Positions 7,077 to 16,418 are shown, counted from the first letter of the stretch. The stretch is DNA of 17,735 bases from Bdellovibrionia bacterium (GCA_049424145.1 JBMSSC010000050.1:1-17735), one strand, 5' to 3'. The notes: generated from the sequence alone by a model not told the origin. Made by a program: numbers and translations.

Positions 7077-7469
7077 CTAAATCACTACTGCTCCATCAAT
7101 ATTCGTAAATACATTCCCACTCACTGCATTTCGATCCACAGCCGTAACAACCGTTCTATTTTTCACACTAATAATTAACGCAGCATCCTTGGTGAGGACC
7201 AAGGTATCTTCCACTCCCTTTGCCTCGGCGCGATCCACAGCATCATTAATCTTACTCATCGTTGCAGGATCAATATCAATCCTACGATCTTTGATGCGCT
7301 GGAACGCATGGGCTGAGAATTTCAACGGGGGTTTAATCTGATTTAAAACCTCATCAAACTCACTGGGGACCCCTTCTTGTTTCTTGGGTCCTGTTTGATC
7401 CAGGTTTCGAACCCCCGATTGCCCCGGAAGCGAAGTAATGCTCGGGTACAGTATCGGTGAGCGACTCAA
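7077..7469 (-). CDS. Uncharacterised flagellar operon protein (TIGR02530-type), TTG start
   Basis: Lies between flgD and flgE; LKFSAHAFQRIKDRRI, AVDRAEAKG..DTLVL, ALIISVKNRTVVTA, NVFTNIDGAVVI signature; RBS AAGGAGG; TTGA overlap with the flgD stop. Confidence 0.9.
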   Translation of the reverse strand: MSRSPILYPSITSLPGQSGVRNLDQTGPKKQEGVPSEFDEVLNQIKPPLKFSAHAFQRIKDRRIDIDPATMSKINDAVDRAEAKGVEDTLVLTKDAALIISVKNRTVVTAVDRNAVSGNVFTNIDGAVVI

Positions 7470-8287
7470 GTTCCCTCCTTTCCTGCTCCAGCCAGAGCTT
7501 CTGATTGGGGAAGCCCCCCAACTGGAGCTGAATTGATCTGAGGCAGTTTCTGAGCTTTCAGATCACTGCCCCCTAAATCCATTTCAATCTTAGCCAAGTT
7601 CTTCAGCGTGACTTTCTCCTGGTGCTCCGCCGTTCCCACTAAGAACACGGGCTCACTTCCCTCAAAACTCACACCAATCACTCGGGCCTGCACACGAGGA
7701 TTGACCTCAATGGAGGCATCCCGATCGTTTTTAGCCGTAATTCGCATCAAATAGTTGCCCGTCTTTGCAGGAAGGGAGTTGGACTTAATGCCGTCCCATG
7801 AAAAGGTCACTGGACCGGCCTTCGTTTCTCCGAGATCCTTCTTATAGACTTCCTCTCCGGTCTCACTTAAAAGCACTGCCTCAAGCGTCTTTGCATCCTG
7901 GGTGAGATGAAAACTGAGCAAGTCATTTTGACCTTCCACATGAGGGAATCGCTCACGATCCACCGTGACGACCTTTCCGATGAGGTTCGTCATGGCTAAT
8001 TGCTCCAGAGGTCGATTCTGAGAGGCGATTTTGCCTAAATTTTGATTTGCGTTTTGCAGTTGTTCAACGGAGGTGAATTGAGCAATCTGCGTGCCCATCT
8101 GTTCGGACTTAAATGGATTGAGCGGATCTTGGTTTTTCATCTGAGTGACCATGATCTTTAAAAAATCATCCTTATCGAGGGTTTTTTTGACCTCTCGAGG
8201 TCGCTCCGCTTTGGCTCCATACTGAGCTTGGAAGCGCGTGAGGCTATCTCCAAACTGAACCGAGGAGGGTGAATTGATCTCACTCAT
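7466..8287 (-). CDS. flgD: Flagellar hook capping protein FlgD
   Basis: LDKDDFLKIMVTQMKNQDPLNP, QIAQFTSVEQL, LIGKVV, FSWDG...G.Y (FlgD Ig-like domain). Confidence 0.97.
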   Translation of the reverse strand: MSEINSPSSVQFGDSLTRFQAQYGAKAERPREVKKTLDKDDFLKIMVTQMKNQDPLNPFKSEQMGTQIAQFTSVEQLQNANQNLGKIASQNRPLEQLAMTNLIGKVVTVDRERFPHVEGQNDLLSFHLTQDAKTLEAVLLSETGEEVYKKDLGETKAGPVTFSWDGIKSNSLPAKTGNYLMRITAKNDRDASIEVNPRVQARVIGVSFEGSEPVFLVGTAEHQEKVTLKNLAKIEMDLGGSDLKAQKLPQINSAPVGGLPQSEALAGAGKEGT

Positions 8288-8339
8288 CTGCGGGTCACCT
8301 CTTTTATGTTAGTGCAATTCCTCAGTTTCATCTTGTTTC

Positions 8340-9944
8340 CTAACCCATTAAGTCAATTCGACCACTACGGCCCAGTCCGCTTCCTAGCGCAGAGGCTCTC
8401 ACGGGATTGAACATCCTGAGGCCCTCTGTTCTCCCACCTCGAGCGCTCGGATTCTCTAATCCTTCCTCTCTTTGCGCATCCCTAAAACCTCGCTCAGAAC
8501 CACCACTCCAACTCTCCTGAAAGCCGGATTGAAACGACGGAGAGCCTGAGTCCTGATTGAACTCTGAGTTCAAGCTCATGGAGGGCTGCTGCTGAGCCAC
8601 TGACAGATCCACCTGTTTTAAGCTTAAGTTCTGCGACGACAGAGAGTCTTTAAGAGATCCTAGGCTCTCTTCAATGATCTTTTTAGCTCGTTCATCGGTG
8701 GCTTGGATCTGCAGTTGAACCTGATTGCCCTGAGTGGAGACCCGAATACTCAATTCCCCCAGGTGATCGGGTCTGAGGTGGACCCTCATACTCCCTGAGC
8801 CCTGAGCGGCAATCTGCTTAATATTTAACCCAAGATTCTGAAGGGATTCACTGGTGAGTCTGGGCTGAGCATTGGCTCCGGTCGTCACTGAAGCAGAAAT
8901 CATCGAGCGCCCCGCGTCTGCAGAGGCGAATCCTAAGGCCGGTCCCATCTGAGCCCCCAGCAGAACCTCAGCACGAGGGTTCAGCATCATAGGAGCAGGA
9001 CCCTTGCCTTCACTCCCCCCAGCGTCCATCGATTCCACGCCCTTTTCCCCAGAAGGACCCTCTTGAATCATCGCTCCAAAGGACGAGCTTTGATCCTGGA
9101 ACCCCCCTCCTTTTTGCTGGTTTGCGCCTTGAACCGAGCGCATGAACTCTCGAATCTCCAAGGGATTCATGGGAGAAGCGCCCGAGTTTACGGCCATTAA
9201 TTTTCCCTGGCTTCTAGAACTCTGACGGTTGACAATGGCTTCAGATGGGGCATCCAAGGAGGACTCCGTATCGCCCTGCCATTGACCTTGAAAATTCTGA
9301 GCCAGCTCACTGAGGGTCATCCCGTCTTGGATCTCCCTACCTGAAACAGGCTGTGAACCTGGATCAATTGAAGGCTGCTTCAAGGGCAAAAAGACCTCCC
9401 AATCACTCAGCACTTCTTCCTTCCCAGCAGGCACCAGCCCCGCAGCATTCATCGCGGTGCTTTTCACCGTCTGGTCCTCGGCCTGGACTCCATCTTGGGT
9501 TTCACCCCAAGGCGAGAGGCCTTTTTTGGTGAAGACGATCTTAGAACCACCCACCAAAGAGTCGAGCGACTCGGGTTCAGGCAAGACTTCTAAAGACGAC
9601 AAGAGATTTGGGGAATCCTTCTGCCCGGCTTTTAAAACAGGATTGGATCCCCCTGCTTTGCTGGATTCACCCGGAGCCTGAGGCGAAGGGGAGCGACCCG
9701 AGGAAACCGAGGACTCCCCGGCTGGAGAGGACTCAATGGGTTGCCTGGTCTGCTGGGCCTGTGAGATATAACCCATAAACTCGGAATCACCCTGGGAACG
9801 GGATTTCTGAGCGGTCCGGTTCTTATCCCGTGAGCGATCCAAGGAAGCCAGAGAAGGCCTCCTCTCTCCCAACGCCTTGGCGGTTGATGGGGAACGAGAA
9901 GAAGAAGGATCGATTGAGAGGCTACTGAGCTTTTCCATCATCAC
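8340..9944 (-). CDS. fliK: Flagellar hook-length control protein FliK (true start probably ATG at 9938 or 9941)
   Basis: Long S/G/P/Q-rich disordered N-terminus; C-terminal T3S4 domain MRVHLRPDHLGELSIRV...AKKIIEESLGSLKDSLSSQNL; ends GRIDLMG; upstream of flgD; AGGAGG at 9945-9950. Confidence 0.92.
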   Translation of the reverse strand: MMMEKLSSLSIDPSSSRSPSTAKALGERRPSLASLDRSRDKNRTAQKSRSQGDSEFMGYISQAQQTRQPIESSPAGESSVSSGRSPSPQAPGESSKAGGSNPVLKAGQKDSPNLLSSLEVLPEPESLDSLVGGSKIVFTKKGLSPWGETQDGVQAEDQTVKSTAMNAAGLVPAGKEEVLSDWEVFLPLKQPSIDPGSQPVSGREIQDGMTLSELAQNFQGQWQGDTESSLDAPSEAIVNRQSSRSQGKLMAVNSGASPMNPLEIREFMRSVQGANQQKGGGFQDQSSSFGAMIQEGPSGEKGVESMDAGGSEGKGPAPMMLNPRAEVLLGAQMGPALGFASADAGRSMISASVTTGANAQPRLTSESLQNLGLNIKQIAAQGSGSMRVHLRPDHLGELSIRVSTQGNQVQLQIQATDERAKKIIEESLGSLKDSLSSQNLSLKQVDLSVAQQQPSMSLNSEFNQDSGSPSFQSGFQESWSGGSERGFRDAQREEGLENPSARGGRTEGLRMFNPVRASALGSGLGRSGRIDLMG

Positions 9945-10776
9945 CCTCCTGTTCTTCAGGCTTTTCCGCCTTGATTTTTGACCCGTTTAATCCCGCCAGA
10001 AGCTCGGACAACCTTGAGGAACGAGCTGGATCCATCAGGTTCATAATCTTCGCTAACTTTTTTGACTCCATCCGAGAAATCGCAGCCACCGCAAGACGGT
10101 CATCCAAGGTGGCTAGAACCTTGGCGGCTGATTTTGGGGTCATCGTGATAAATGTTTCCACTAGCTTGGCGACGTCGGATTCTTTCTTCTTCGCCCGTTC
10201 TTGGGATCCGATCTGAATTTCATCTCTGACTTTTTTAAGACCTGCTAATTCCTCGGCAATCGATTTCTCTCGCAGACCGAGCTCAACTTCCTTGGCGGCC
10301 AATTGCTTTTCTTTGGCCTCCATTTCCTTCTTTTTTCGCTCCAAATCTTCAAGAACCGATTGATCTAAAATGCAAGTGTTGGACTTCCCTTTTTCAGAAA
10401 GCAAGGAGGAGTTAAAATCCGAATTGGACCTTCGCTTCTTTTTCAGAATCACGCGCTTCTCAGGAGCCGCATCGGCATGCCCCTCAGCACCTTGAGCCGA
10501 CTCACCATGCCCCTCAGCACCCGTTTTCTGGGCCTCCGAGTGAGCAGAGGGTTTCTTTGAGGCGTCTGCCCCATGGCCTTCTGCTTGAGCCCCCTTGGAT
10601 TCATTCGATGGCTCTGAATGTGCTTTGGGCTCATGACCCCCACCTGCTGAATCATGAGAGGCAGACTCATTGGCTAAGACCACTGAGCTAGTGGAGCACA
10701 GAAGCCATGCACTCAGTATCCCATGAATCACTGAAGATCGGATCCTCTTATTCTGACTCAATTTCATAGCCCTCAT
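9922..10776 (-). CDS. MotE/YlxF-like flagellar protein (signal peptide, coiled coil, MgtE N-terminal-like domain)
   Basis: Lies between fliJ and fliK; coiled coil LERKKKEMEAKEKQL; LVETFITMTPKSAAKVL...AISRMESKKLAKIMNLMDPARSSRLS. Confidence 0.85.
   Translation of the reverse strand: MRAMKLSQNKRIRSSVIHGILSAWLLCSTSSVVLANESASHDSAGGGHEPKAHSEPSNESKGAQAEGHGADASKKPSAHSEAQKTGAEGHGESAQGAEGHADAAPEKRVILKKKRRSNSDFNSSLLSEKGKSNTCILDQSVLEDLERKKKEMEAKEKQLAAKEVELGLREKSIAEELAGLKKVRDEIQIGSQERAKKKESDVAKLVETFITMTPKSAAKVLATLDDRLAVAAISRMESKKLAKIMNLMDPARSSRLSELLAGLNGSKIKAEKPEEQEGDDGKAQ
10476..10521. repeat. 16-bp direct repeat, 30-bp period, encoding GAEGH twice in the MotE-like protein
   Basis: CATGCCCCTCAGCACC at 10476-10491 and 10506-10521. 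Confidence 0.9.
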
Positions 10777-11215
10777 TCGATCGTGACGTTCTCATGATCA
10801 CAAAGTCATCCAAGTTGCGATCCTCAAACTTTAAAACGGCCTTTTGATGTTCAGCTTTTGCTTGCTCCAAAAGAAGCTCAATGGCTTTACTTTCGCGCTT
10901 GGCCAATAGATAAACCTGAAGTGCTTTTTGAACTGCCTTTGCTGCGCGTTGAATCGCAGCCTCACTTTGAACAATTCTCCGCTTCGCTCCTTGGATATAG
11001 CTTTCCTCCAGATGAAATCGTGTGATCGTCTCACTGGTTTGAGCAAAAGTTTCTCTTCTCTTCCAAGCTTGATTCAGCTCGTTGATCAAATCTTGTTTCT
11101 TTTGGATGCACTCCTGATGCACGCGCTGAGTGCGAGCCAGATGACGGAGAAACTCACGCTCCCTGGTCTTTCTCACTTTCAGCACTGTATTAAATTTGAA
11201 TTTAAATTTCTTCAT
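10748..11215 (-). CDS. fliJ: Flagellar export protein FliJ
   Basis: 155 aa helical, basic protein after fliI; MKKFKFKFNTVLKVR start, AKRESKAIELL, LDD near the C-terminus. Confidence 0.9.
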   Translation of the reverse strand: MKKFKFKFNTVLKVRKTREREFLRHLARTQRVHQECIQKKQDLINELNQAWKRRETFAQTSETITRFHLEESYIQGAKRRIVQSEAAIQRAAKAVQKALQVYLLAKRESKAIELLLEQAKAEHQKAVLKFEDRNLDDFVIMRTSRSNEGYEIESE

Positions 11216-11295
11216 CGATAACTCTATTTTTCACTTATTTTATTTTTTTTAAAAGACTGAATATTTTTCCCCAATCCACTGAAAATTTTAACCAC

Positions 11296-12717
11296 TTAAA
11301 ATCGAACCTGTGAGGATCCCCCTTGACCCCTTTTTCCTTCTGGAACAGCTTGGTTAGCTAAAAGATGAGACTCTCCTAATCGAACAATAGAATGAAGCTG
11401 AGCTAGCGTATCGGAAAAACTTGCCTTCTCGCCCATTCCTTGTTTTAAAAAATCATTGATCTTATCTCGAACTGCGATGGCTTGATCCACTTTCGGATTA
11501 CTCCCTCGAACGTAAGCTCCGATGTTGATCAGATCCTCAGCCTCTTGATAGTTCGCAATCCATTCTTTGATTTGTCCCGCCCACTTCACATGATCCTGAG
11601 TAATCACTGATCTCATCACACGGCTTGCACTTTTTAAGACATCAATGGCGGGAAAATGATTCTTCTGCGCAATGGTACGACTCAACACAATGTGACCATC
11701 TAAGATCGATCGAACGGCATCAGCAATTGGGTCATCCATCTCTTCACTTTCGACCAGAACCGAGAACAAACCCGTGATACTTCCTTTGACCGGAGCCATT
11801 CCTGCTCTTTCAAGTAATTTTGGAATACTAGAAAAAACACTCGGAGTAAATCCCCTGGAAGCAGGAGGCTCACCTAAGGAGAGACCAATTTCTCTCTGAG
11901 CCATACAAAAACGTGTGACTGAATCCATGAGAAATAAAACATCTTTTCCCTGATCTCTGAAGTATTCGGCGACCGTTGCAGCCAAGTACGCCCCTCGCAT
12001 TCTGAGCAGTGGGGAGCGATCCGAGGTCGATACGATCACCACAGAGCGTTTTAAGCCCTCGGGGCCTAGATCATTTTCAATAAACTCTCGAACTTCGCGT
12101 CCGCGTTCCCCGATCAGAGCAATGACATTGATATCTGCCTTCGTATGCTGAGCCATCATTCCCAGTAAGACCGATTTTCCGACCCCAGAACCCGCCATGA
12201 TCGCCAAGCGCTGTCCTTTTCCGCAGGTCAAAAGACCATTGATCGATCGAATTCCAAGATCTAAGGGCTCCTCCACTTTTTGCCTCTCCAGTGGATGAGT
12301 GGGCTTCTGATATAAACTCCGCTGACTCACCTGACCTAGGCGATGAATCAAGGGACCCTTTCCATCGATTGGATCTCCTTTTCCATCCAACACACGACCC
12401 ACGAGGGCATCTCCCACACTGACTGTTGAGCTTCTCTCCTTGAGCACCACCAAACTATCCGTATTGACTCCGGCTGCATCATCGTATGGCATGAGCAGTG
12501 CCCGTTTATCTCGGAAGCCCACGACCTCAGCGTCAAAGCCCAAATCTGAATCCAAGTCATGCGAGGCTAAAATCCGACAAAGACTTCCAACCGATGCACC
12601 TGGCAAATAGGCTTCATAGGTCAATCCAATCGACTTGGTTATCCGACCCATTCGAGTATGAAGCAGGGATTGATTAAGACGTTCTAAATAGGGGGACTGA
12701 TCAATTCTCCAGGTCAT
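11296..12717 (-). CDS. fliI: Flagellum-specific ATPase FliI
   Basis: Walker A AGSGVGKS, ALIGERGREVREF, Walker B LFLMDSVTRFCMAQREIGL, RSILDGHIVLSR, DLINIGAY. Confidence 0.98.
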   Translation of the reverse strand: MTWRIDQSPYLERLNQSLLHTRMGRITKSIGLTYEAYLPGASVGSLCRILASHDLDSDLGFDAEVVGFRDKRALLMPYDDAAGVNTDSLVVLKERSSTVSVGDALVGRVLDGKGDPIDGKGPLIHRLGQVSQRSLYQKPTHPLERQKVEEPLDLGIRSINGLLTCGKGQRLAIMAGSGVGKSVLLGMMAQHTKADINVIALIGERGREVREFIENDLGPEGLKRSVVIVSTSDRSPLLRMRGAYLAATVAEYFRDQGKDVLFLMDSVTRFCMAQREIGLSLGEPPASRGFTPSVFSSIPKLLERAGMAPVKGSITGLFSVLVESEEMDDPIADAVRSILDGHIVLSRTIAQKNHFPAIDVLKSASRVMRSVITQDHVKWAGQIKEWIANYQEAEDLINIGAYVRGSNPKVDQAIAVRDKINDFLKQGMGEKASFSDTLAQLHSIVRLGESHLLANQAVPEGKRGQGGSSQVRF

Positions 12718-12728
12718 GAACCCTCATT

Positions 12729-13607
12729 TCACTGGGCGGAATCCGATTTCTCATCGGATCGATCATCGGATTTATGCTCAAGCAGAGCCTCTTCAATGCG
12801 CTGCAGTTGCTGCTCGAGATTGGAATCGATTGAGCCATATTCGGTCTCAACCCGACACCCTCCTCGGGCGATCTCTGGAGAAACTTCGATCTTAAGATTC
12901 TTGAGCTCCCCGAATCTTTTCAACAGATCTTGCCTGAGCATTCCAATGAAGCCCTCATCCTCAGAATTGATCTTCACCGTGACATGATCGCGCACGCCCA
13001 CACCCTCAACCAGCTCGAGCGTCAGCCTGGATAAAAACTCTCGATCTAGGCTCAACTCACGCAATAGAACCATCCGCGAGATTTTAAAGATCAATCCAAT
13101 GAGGAACTTCTCATTTAATCTGAAGATCTCCGACCGAGCGCTCTCCAATTGCTCCATCAGCTGTTGAAGATGAGTGATCTCTTCGTCTACTTGAAGGCGA
13201 ACCTGAGAATACCCCTCTTCACGACCCTGACGAACTCCCTCTTCATAGCCCTCTTGCTGAGCCCTGGTTTTGACATCCTCTCGGATCTGCTCAACCTCTT
13301 GTTTGAGCTTCTCATCAAAAACCCGCTTCTCCTCCTCTTCAACCGAAAGAGGCTCTTTTAAGAGCGGATTTAGGCTAAAACGACGGTCTTTTAAGGCTCT
13401 CATCGCACGATCAGGATCGGTCACTGCAAGAGGTCCAAACTTCTGCTTAATTTGATCGTACCGATTGGTCTGCTGATTCTTCAGCGAAATCACCTCAAAC
13501 GATCCCACCTGCCGCTGAAACCCTGAGTTGACCTCGGAGACTTTCACTCCAGCGGTGCTTTTTGACTCGGGGGTGACCTTAAAACCCTTCATCTTGCCGT
13601 CTGACAT
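12729..13607 (-). CDS. fliH: Flagellar assembly protein FliH
   Basis: AQQEGYEEGVRQGREEG (AxxxG(xxxG)n repeat); C-terminal GGCRVETEYGSID; lies between fliG and fliI. Confidence 0.95.
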   Translation of the reverse strand: MSDGKMKGFKVTPESKSTAGVKVSEVNSGFQRQVGSFEVISLKNQQTNRYDQIKQKFGPLAVTDPDRAMRALKDRRFSLNPLLKEPLSVEEEEKRVFDEKLKQEVEQIREDVKTRAQQEGYEEGVRQGREEGYSQVRLQVDEEITHLQQLMEQLESARSEIFRLNEKFLIGLIFKISRMVLLRELSLDREFLSRLTLELVEGVGVRDHVTVKINSEDEGFIGMLRQDLLKRFGELKNLKIEVSPEIARGGCRVETEYGSIDSNLEQQLQRIEEALLEHKSDDRSDEKSDSAQ

Positions 13608-13625
13608 GAGTTTCCTTCAATGATT

Positions 13626-14639
13626 TTAAACAATCGCATCTGCATCACCGCCTCGACTGACGATGATTTTTCCTTCGGCCTCAAGCTTCTTAGCCGCGTT
13701 AATCACGACCTGTTGAGCCGCCTCAACATCCGAAAGCCTCAGAGGCCCTAAGGAGGCCAGGTCGTCTTTCAACTGATCTTGAGCTCGCTTAGAGATGTTT
13801 CTGAAAATCTTCTCGCGGATCTCCTCGGTTGCATTCTTTAGGGCGATGACCAACTTATCGTTTGGCACCTCCTTTAAGACCATTTGAATGCCACGATCAT
13901 CGATATAGATAATATCCTCGAAGACGAACATGAGTTTGCGGATCTCCTCGGCCAATTGAGGATCCTTCTCCTCCACTTTGCTCATAATCGTCTGCTCGCT
14001 TGCCTTATCCATGGAGTTTAACATCTCAGCAATCGGCTGTACGCCTCCGAGTTGCTGCGTATCAATGGAGCCTAGGGTTGCAAGCTCCTGCTTGAGCACC
14101 TCGTCCACTTGAGCAATGAGATTTGGAGAAATAAAGTCGAGATTTGCAATTCTCAGAACCACTTCAGTCTGAATCACCTCAGGCAACCTCTTGAGGACTT
14201 CACATTTCTTATCCGACTCCAAATGTGCCAGAATCAGAGCTACGGTCTGTGGATGCTCGTTCATCAGGAAGTTGGCCAAGGTTCTGGGGTCAACCAGCTC
14301 CAAGGCCTCCAGTGTTCGACTCCCCTCTAAAACAGCCAATTGTCCAAGAACCGTCCGTGCTCGCTCCTCGCCTAGAGTGGATAGGACGAAGTCTCGCCCC
14401 TGAGCATGTCCAAAAATCAGGTTATCCTCCTCAGCAATCTCAGTATAGAACGCCTGAAGGACTGACTTCACCGTGGAGATCGGCACCTTAGTGACCTGAC
14501 TCATCGCATTTACGAGCCGCTTGACGTCATTGTCCTTCATTTTTTTAAAAATCTGATGAGTGACCTGATTTCCCAAGACATTGAGCAACAGGGAAGACTT
14601 CTCAAGCCCATTCATGTCATCAAACGACTCAAACCCCAT
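13626..14639 (-). CDS. fliG: Flagellar motor switch protein FliG
   Basis: EHPQTVALILAHL, GGVQPIAEMLN, MFVFEDI, DDRGIQ, GPLRLSDVEAAQQ motifs. Confidence 0.98.
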   Translation of the reverse strand: MGFESFDDMNGLEKSSLLLNVLGNQVTHQIFKKMKDNDVKRLVNAMSQVTKVPISTVKSVLQAFYTEIAEEDNLIFGHAQGRDFVLSTLGEERARTVLGQLAVLEGSRTLEALELVDPRTLANFLMNEHPQTVALILAHLESDKKCEVLKRLPEVIQTEVVLRIANLDFISPNLIAQVDEVLKQELATLGSIDTQQLGGVQPIAEMLNSMDKASEQTIMSKVEEKDPQLAEEIRKLMFVFEDIIYIDDRGIQMVLKEVPNDKLVIALKNATEEIREKIFRNISKRAQDQLKDDLASLGPLRLSDVEAAQQVVINAAKKLEAEGKIIVSRGGDADAIV

Positions 14640-14690
14640 AAATCCCCTCCAAAAAATTCAATCCTAACCCAGACGTTCACGGCCGATTCC

Positions 14691-16382
14691 CTACGCCGAA
14701 GCTTTCGACTTTCCGTCGCCTTCCTCATCCCGTCGTTTTGCCGCCGTTTGATCGAGCCATTCTTTTAAGATCAAAGCAGCCTTGTTCGGATTCGCATCCA
14801 CGAGGCTGACGATCTTCTCCTTGATCATCTCTCCTTCGACCTTTGCGGGATCCGTATGATCAGGAATCATCGGAACAATATCCTCTAAGGAGGCCACAGC
14901 CGTGTTCTTTTGGATCTTCTCCAGCTCCTCAATTGTTTGAGGAAGGAACGTATCCACACTGTCAATCGTGTTCTCTGTGACCCATTTGATGAAGGGTCGG
15001 ACCACAAACATAAAGAACAAGCCGATGAGTAAGCCCATGACGCCATAGATCAGAAGGTTCATCAGATAGCTTCGGTTCTCGCGTTCGGTGAGAATCTTCT
15101 GAGCCTCTTCGAAATCCTCGTGCGTGAACTCCATGCTCTTGACTTCAATGCTATCCCCACGGTTTCGATCCAAGCCCACGGCACCGGCAGCAATCTGCTC
15201 AAACTCCTTGAGGCGTTCCGGCGACCAGTTCTCGTATTTCTGACTCACTTTTCCGTCTTTTCCGACTTCCTTAATCAAATGGGAGTCGAGAACCACAGCC
15301 ACGGAAAGTCGTCGGATGCTGCCTACCGATCGGGAGGTTTTTCGGACGGTCTGAGGAACCTCAAAATTGGTCACTTCATTATTTTTTGAGGTCTCCGTCT
15401 TAATTTCATTCCCCCCAGGAGCCGACTGAGCCGGATTATTGGCCTGACTCCCTGAGACGCCTTGAGCCTGGGGCCTGGTCCCATTCATGGTATCCGAGCG
15501 CTTCTCCACGGACCGAACCGCAGCACCCTCGGAATCATAAAGCGTTTGGGTCTCACTCACCTGAGAGAAATCCAAATCCGCCGTCACCTTAGCCACCACC
15601 CGACCTTCGCCAACAATGTGGGAGAGCACGCCATCAATCCGCTTTTCCAGCTCACTTTCAAGCTTCGTCTGAAAATCAAGCTGTGTGGCCGTCGATGCAG
15701 CCAAGGGATCATTGGTGTTCTTTGAGAGCACCTTCCCCTCCGAATCCATAATCACCACATCACTGATATCGAGTCCTTCTACCCCCCTGGATACGAGGTT
15801 CCCAATTCCATAGACTTGTTTATCCGTGAGCTTAACTCCTGGCTCAAGATCCACCACCACGGAGGCCGATGGACGCTTTTGATCCTCCACAAAGGTACTT
15901 TTCGCTGGAACGGCCAGATGCACTCGAGAGCGCTTGACTCCCTTAATCGTGTTAATCGTGCGCATGAGCTCGCCTTCTTGAGCTCTTTTTTGGTTAATCT
16001 TCTGAATAAAACTTGTTGTCCCCAGCGACTGCTTATCAAAGATCTCATAACCCACTACACTGGTCTGAGGAAGCCCCATCGTGGCCAATTCGAGCCTCAG
16101 CTCATGAACGGCCTCCGATGGAATCGATACATTTTTTCCCGTCACATCAATCTTAAATGGAATATGCTTCTCCCGAAGTACGCGCATGATGTTACTGGCG
16201 TCTTCAGGATTAAGATTCGACATCAAGGGAACATACGTCGTATCACCCGCCCAATAAAAAAGGCTCCCAATCAGGATAAAAATACCCAGAAACGTGGCAG
16301 AGACCGCAAGAATCTTCTTGGGGCCTAGGTTATTGATAAACCCTTTGATTTGTTTAAACACCTTCTCAAAATAATTATCCAA
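14691..16382 (-). CDS. fliF: Flagellar MS-ring protein FliF (TTG start)
   Basis: Two TMs; GYEIFDK, RAQEGELMRTI, RVHLAVP, PSASVV, RRLSVAVV, RGDSIEV, AALILKEWL; GAGG 6 nt upstream of the TTG. Confidence 0.98.
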   Translation of the reverse strand: MDNYFEKVFKQIKGFINNLGPKKILAVSATFLGIFILIGSLFYWAGDTTYVPLMSNLNPEDASNIMRVLREKHIPFKIDVTGKNVSIPSEAVHELRLELATMGLPQTSVVGYEIFDKQSLGTTSFIQKINQKRAQEGELMRTINTIKGVKRSRVHLAVPAKSTFVEDQKRPSASVVVDLEPGVKLTDKQVYGIGNLVSRGVEGLDISDVVIMDSEGKVLSKNTNDPLAASTATQLDFQTKLESELEKRIDGVLSHIVGEGRVVAKVTADLDFSQVSETQTLYDSEGAAVRSVEKRSDTMNGTRPQAQGVSGSQANNPAQSAPGGNEIKTETSKNNEVTNFEVPQTVRKTSRSVGSIRRLSVAVVLDSHLIKEVGKDGKVSQKYENWSPERLKEFEQIAAGAVGLDRNRGDSIEVKSMEFTHEDFEEAQKILTERENRSYLMNLLIYGVMGLLIGLFFMFVVRPFIKWVTENTIDSVDTFLPQTIEELEKIQKNTAVASLEDIVPMIPDHTDPAKVEGEMIKEKIVSLVDANPNKAALILKEWLDQTAAKRRDEEGDGKSKASA

Positions 16383-16418
16383 TCATGACCTCGCTATCTG
16401 ACTTCAGATGAATTAAAA

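Noticed and set aside
8288..8339. Sigma54 site upstream of flgD (TTGCA present)
   Set aside because: No GG at the required GG-N10-GC distance.
16375..16386. Mini-ORF ATG-ATT-GGA-TAA overlapping the fliF TTG start
   Set aside because: The ATG is only 2 nt from the GAGG, too close for initiation, while the TTG sits at a normal 6-nt spacing.
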